Part shown: positions 63,000 to 64,000 of the stretch, piece by piece | Position numbering within the stretch: the first letter of the stretch is position 1 | Layout: every line of letters starts with the position of its first letter | Origin: Negaprion brevirostris | Lineage: Eukaryota | Length of the DNA stretch: 64,000 bases | Assembly: GCA_030324005.1 (NCBI GenBank) | Contig: JARDVH010000001.1 | Location: forward strand, 91,780,276-91,844,275 | Direction: 5' to 3' | Position numbers and translations under genes: made by a program | Notes under the pieces: generated by a model | Seen by the model: the letters and a program-made list of their open reading frames with translations, nothing else | Told to the model about the DNA's origin: nothing | Databases searched by the model: none

Positions 63000-64000
63000 C
63001 TGATCAAATCCTTGTCAGCTTAGCTGCTTGTCATGTGACTTCTGTGGGATTTTTGTGAACTCGCATCCCAGTTATAAACTTGGCAATTCTGTACCTAAGC
63101 TTTTATCATGTACATTGGCCATTCTGTCTTGTAGTTTTTAAAGTTGCTCTCTTGTTTGAGAGAGCAGAATGGGTAAGAGTAGGTAAATTGGCATGCACTA
63201 GTCTGTCAAACATGAACCAATCATTGAATGGACGCAGGTAAAGGTGCTGCTCTCAGATGTAACTTTGCAATGTGTACTTATAATTTAGTCTGTCTACAAT
63301 TGAGAATTATAAATTTCACTGAGAATCATTCGTTCAGGTAGGTCATTAGAACTAGGGTGAGGAGAAGTAGTAATGTGACTGATATTCCACTTCTCACTCA
63401 CATCCTGAAGTGGCTGACCAATAAATTGCAGTTCATTATCTGTATTGATCTCTAGGTACCCAAATAAACTGAAAATAGCGTTTAAGAGTTTGCACGATAG
63501 TTGTGCATCATATATTATGCAATTGTTGAATGATAGGGTACTTGGTGAAATAGTCATCGATCATGATGAAGAAAGTGGTATGGATATGAAAAAAGATCAG
63601 ATGCAGTCTTGGACCAAGGAATGAAAGGAGCTTTGTGTAATTGATGGTGCTTTCTGCTGACTTGGCATATGCTCTTGACACGCCTTGCACTTTTTGACAG
63701 CTTCTATGACATTGTTCACACTTGGCCAATTATCTGTCTCTGTTGCGAGTCTTCTCATCTGATCTATGCCCAAGTATGAGTGATGAGATTGTTGAAGAAT
63801 GTAAGGTGACAAAAATTTCAGTATGATAACCTGTTCACCTTTGACTCATTCTGAAATGTCTAGCTTGTGCCGATGTAAGGCGGAAATGGTCTCATGTTCA
63901 TGGACACGCTGTGTTGAATTAGGCTATCTTTTGATAGTTTTCCACAGTGTCTTTTCTGTGGAATCTTTCACCGTTCCTTCTTGCAGCTTCTGGCATTTGT
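63000..64000 (-). pseudogene. Degenerate Ty3/Gypsy integrase, continuing beyond the window
   Basis: HHSYLGIDQMRRLA...WPSVN...VKKCKACQ (HHCC), IDDYFTKYP, FGYLEINTDNELQF, HITTSPHPSSNDLPERM (DDE core remnants) across frameshifted ORFs 63294-63812. Confidence 0.85.

Overview
Eukaryotic, repeat-rich, gapped draft-assembly DNA, most likely from a cartilaginous fish (shark/ray). That is inferred from the HE1-like V-SINEs, Deu-domain SINE, CR1, Rex1 and Penelope relics. The only host coding sequence I can support is a 100-nt coding first exon at 11413-11512 (+). It encodes MNLEGLEMIAVLVVIVLFVKVLEQFGLLEATVE, the transmembrane 'KIS' N-terminus of a Kv channel-interacting protein (best match KCNIP4/KChIP4a), and ends at a phase-1 GT donor. 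I recognise no downstream EF-hand exon, so the remaining ~52 kb is probably intron. Nearly all other ORFs in the track are decayed transposon fragments or N-gap artefacts. The most notable non-coding structures are: (i) a retrovirus-like LTR followed by a tRNA-Phe primer-binding site and a leader splice donor, with a second related LTR 3 kb upstream, both in host-gene sense orientation; (ii) TSD-flanked palindromic Penelope-type elements carrying minimal hammerhead ribozyme cores, including a tandem pair that could fold as a double hammerhead; (iii) a near full-length EN-RT LINE whose tRNA-like 5' head and 3' tail are shared with a short SINE-like derivative; (iv) a two-codon uORF directly before the KIS start codon. 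I found no convincing novel protein-coding system. Family names are from recalled motifs, not database searches.
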